A stretch of 64,000 bases of DNA. Source: Bugula neritina. Its lineage: Eukaryota > Animalia > Bryozoa. The position numbers and the translations under genes were made by a program. Positions 61,821-64,000 of this stretch are shown here, in pieces; position 1 is the first letter of the stretch, and each line of letters begins with the position of its first letter. The DNA lies in the NCBI GenBank assembly GCA_964035545.1, contig OZ037773.1, forward strand, positions 3,129,751-3,193,750, read 5' to 3'. Below the pieces are notes generated by a model. The model was given only the letters and a program-made list of their open reading frames with translations. It did not search any database and had not been told where the DNA came from.

Positions 61821-64000
61821 CTCACTACAATATAGCATATAGTTTTTTATTGTTTTTTTATTTTATAATAATATTTAATATTGTCAAGAAGTTTATGTTT
61901 ATGTTTATGTACGTCTAAAATGCACTTAAACGTATATAAAGCTGTGTATAAATGATATTATGTTATTATGCTATGTTTTCAGTTTAATCCGATTGCTTTA
62001 AGATTTTGATCCAAGTATAGCCTAAATTTATAGTCTTTGAGTCAGTCGAAATACATATAAGTACTGATTCAACTAAGAATTTCAGAGCAGACTTTACTAT
62101 CTTAACTCAGTTTTTCATTGAACACTTTAATAGTCATATGCATAGGTTCTTGCTTTCTAAAGTTTTTTTTAAAGGTTAACTAAATCTTATAAATACATAT
62201 CCTTTTTAGCAGTGAAAACACAGTACATACATAAAATGAGTTGTACAGAGAATATAAAGAATATATAGCTCTTACACCTTCAGTTTATTCTTGCATACAT
62301 GTGGATTGTAACCACTATCAGTACAATGTATAAGAATTGTCATTATTAAGTTTAAGTGTCAACTAAAATTCTTTCTATACTAAATAACTAAAACTTTTAG
62401 CATACAATAATACAGCATTATATAAGCAATAGTCAAAAGCAAGTCCAATATTACTACTCCAGGAACTATACTATAACCTGTACAATGTGGTATATTATGT
62501 GGTATATGTATATAGTATGACTTCATTCCACACAAAAAAAAAAAAAATCGTTTTTTTATATTGTAATAATATAGTGAAAAAAATAATATTCAATGAAGAA
62601 ATCTCAGTCAGTGATACTCCGTTGGACTTTATATGATGCTTGGGCTATCTAAACAAAAAACATGTGTAACATTCCTTAAGTAGAAGTTTGAGCAATACTC
62701 TAAAAACACATGGAATTATTAGCACGCTGTCATGCATGCAGTCAACTATAGCTGCCTTAAAAACTTTGATTACCCTGTGAATACTAACCATACAAGTCTA
62801 ATATAAGTTGTATGTATTGTGTTATACTTAGATAGTTTGTCCTTAATGTTAACTATCTACTGCATAAAATAGTAAAGCTGTGGAGGTTATAAATAGGATA
62901 AAGCAGCATGTGCTTTGAAATAAAGCCCTATTGTATAGTATAGTATTATAGTACTTGTATATATGTGTTTAATACTTACATAAATTTGTCTGATTTGTAT
63001 TGAGGCATGTATAGTAACAATTGGCAGTAAAATAGTCAATTTCAAATACCCGGATAACTTATAGTCCTCATCAAACTTATCAAGTCAATAATAAATCAAC
63101 ATTAATAATGTCATAGAGAGGTACTACTGAATACTTCCTGGTTCTCATACCAATTCATAATTATAGTTGACAATATAACAGGAACATATAATAGCTCTTA
63201 TCTTATTAACTAATAGGCTTGTAGCATTGAATGAGAATAACCTCTTTGTAGAATATTCATCACCAGCAAGTATAATATGACAGTTAGAGTTCATATATTA
63301 TTATACATTGTATAAGTAATATATGTAGCTATTAGTAGCAGTTGTGAATTATTTTTCCTTTTCGTTACTGATGTACACAATCACCATAGGCTTTATAATA
63401 AGATTGTATAGTTGTTGCAAACCATGGTTGTTATTTGAATTTATTTCAACTATATATCGTAAAACTAGTATTACAGCGCATACCACAAGCACCACTTCAT
63501 ATGTAACATAAGCTAAATGCTGTTTCGAGGATGTGAACATTGGAAGTTATCTGTTCACTGATGAAAGCAACAAGTTTTATTTATCATCAGTAATTAGCTA
63601 GTCTAAAATCTTAGCTATAATAACTCTACATATTTATTGTATGTGTTGAGTTCTCCTAGTCAGTTGATTTACTCTTTACTTAAAATATCTATCAGAATAA
63701 TATTATGATAATATATATTTTTAATTCTATAATTTATTTTTGCATTCAAGTCCTCCATAAGTTATAACTATTTTACTATTATATATTACATCATCATGTT
63801 TTATTTTCAATGTATAGCATATTCATGTATATAAAATATATCAGTTTATATAGCGTATATCAATAATTGAATATAACATCTCAATATAAAACATCCCAAT
63901 GTATATATAACATATCAATGTATTACATATCAAATTATTATAACATAATTATTATATTAGTATTCATACATGCTAATCCTCCCACTGTCCTAACACTTTC

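Overview
AT-rich, intron-containing animal DNA with GT-AG splice sites and (TA)n/(GA)n microsatellites; the organism cannot be identified from the sequence. The window is an innate-immunity-like cluster that the ORF track mostly misses because the genes are spliced. (1) A family of type-I membrane Ig-superfamily-like receptors is built from phase-1 exons: signal peptide / 138-aa 4-Cys V-like domain / split C2-like domain / I-like domain / stalk+TM / tyrosine-motif tail. Two genes splice into complete ORFs (48134-51859, 447 aa; 56799-61820, 740 aa) and one is 5'-truncated by the window edge (401-2655). There are three broken copies and a tandem array of 8 V-like exons (28134-32005), about half intact, with no recognisable downstream exons. 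Ectodomain frameworks are nearly identical, but a Cys-bounded loop is hypervariable, and tails come in two classes (one ITAM-like pair versus a 13-aa SxYxxL/M repeat present up to 7 times). This suggests a paired-receptor or allorecognition-like system. (2) Between the receptors lie a canonical 6-Cys CS-alpha-beta defensin and three copies of a 4-Cys defensin-like exon in a ~4-kb tandem triplication carrying a 5.3-kb inversion. (3) Mobile elements include a 5 x 272-bp hammerhead-ribozyme retrozyme array plus a monomer, a Penelope-like 3' end forming a 404-bp-arm palindrome with hammerheads, two degenerate Ty3/Gypsy fragments and tRNA-derived SINEs. Exon structures are inferred by hand from splice motifs and frame continuity; none is transcript-confirmed.
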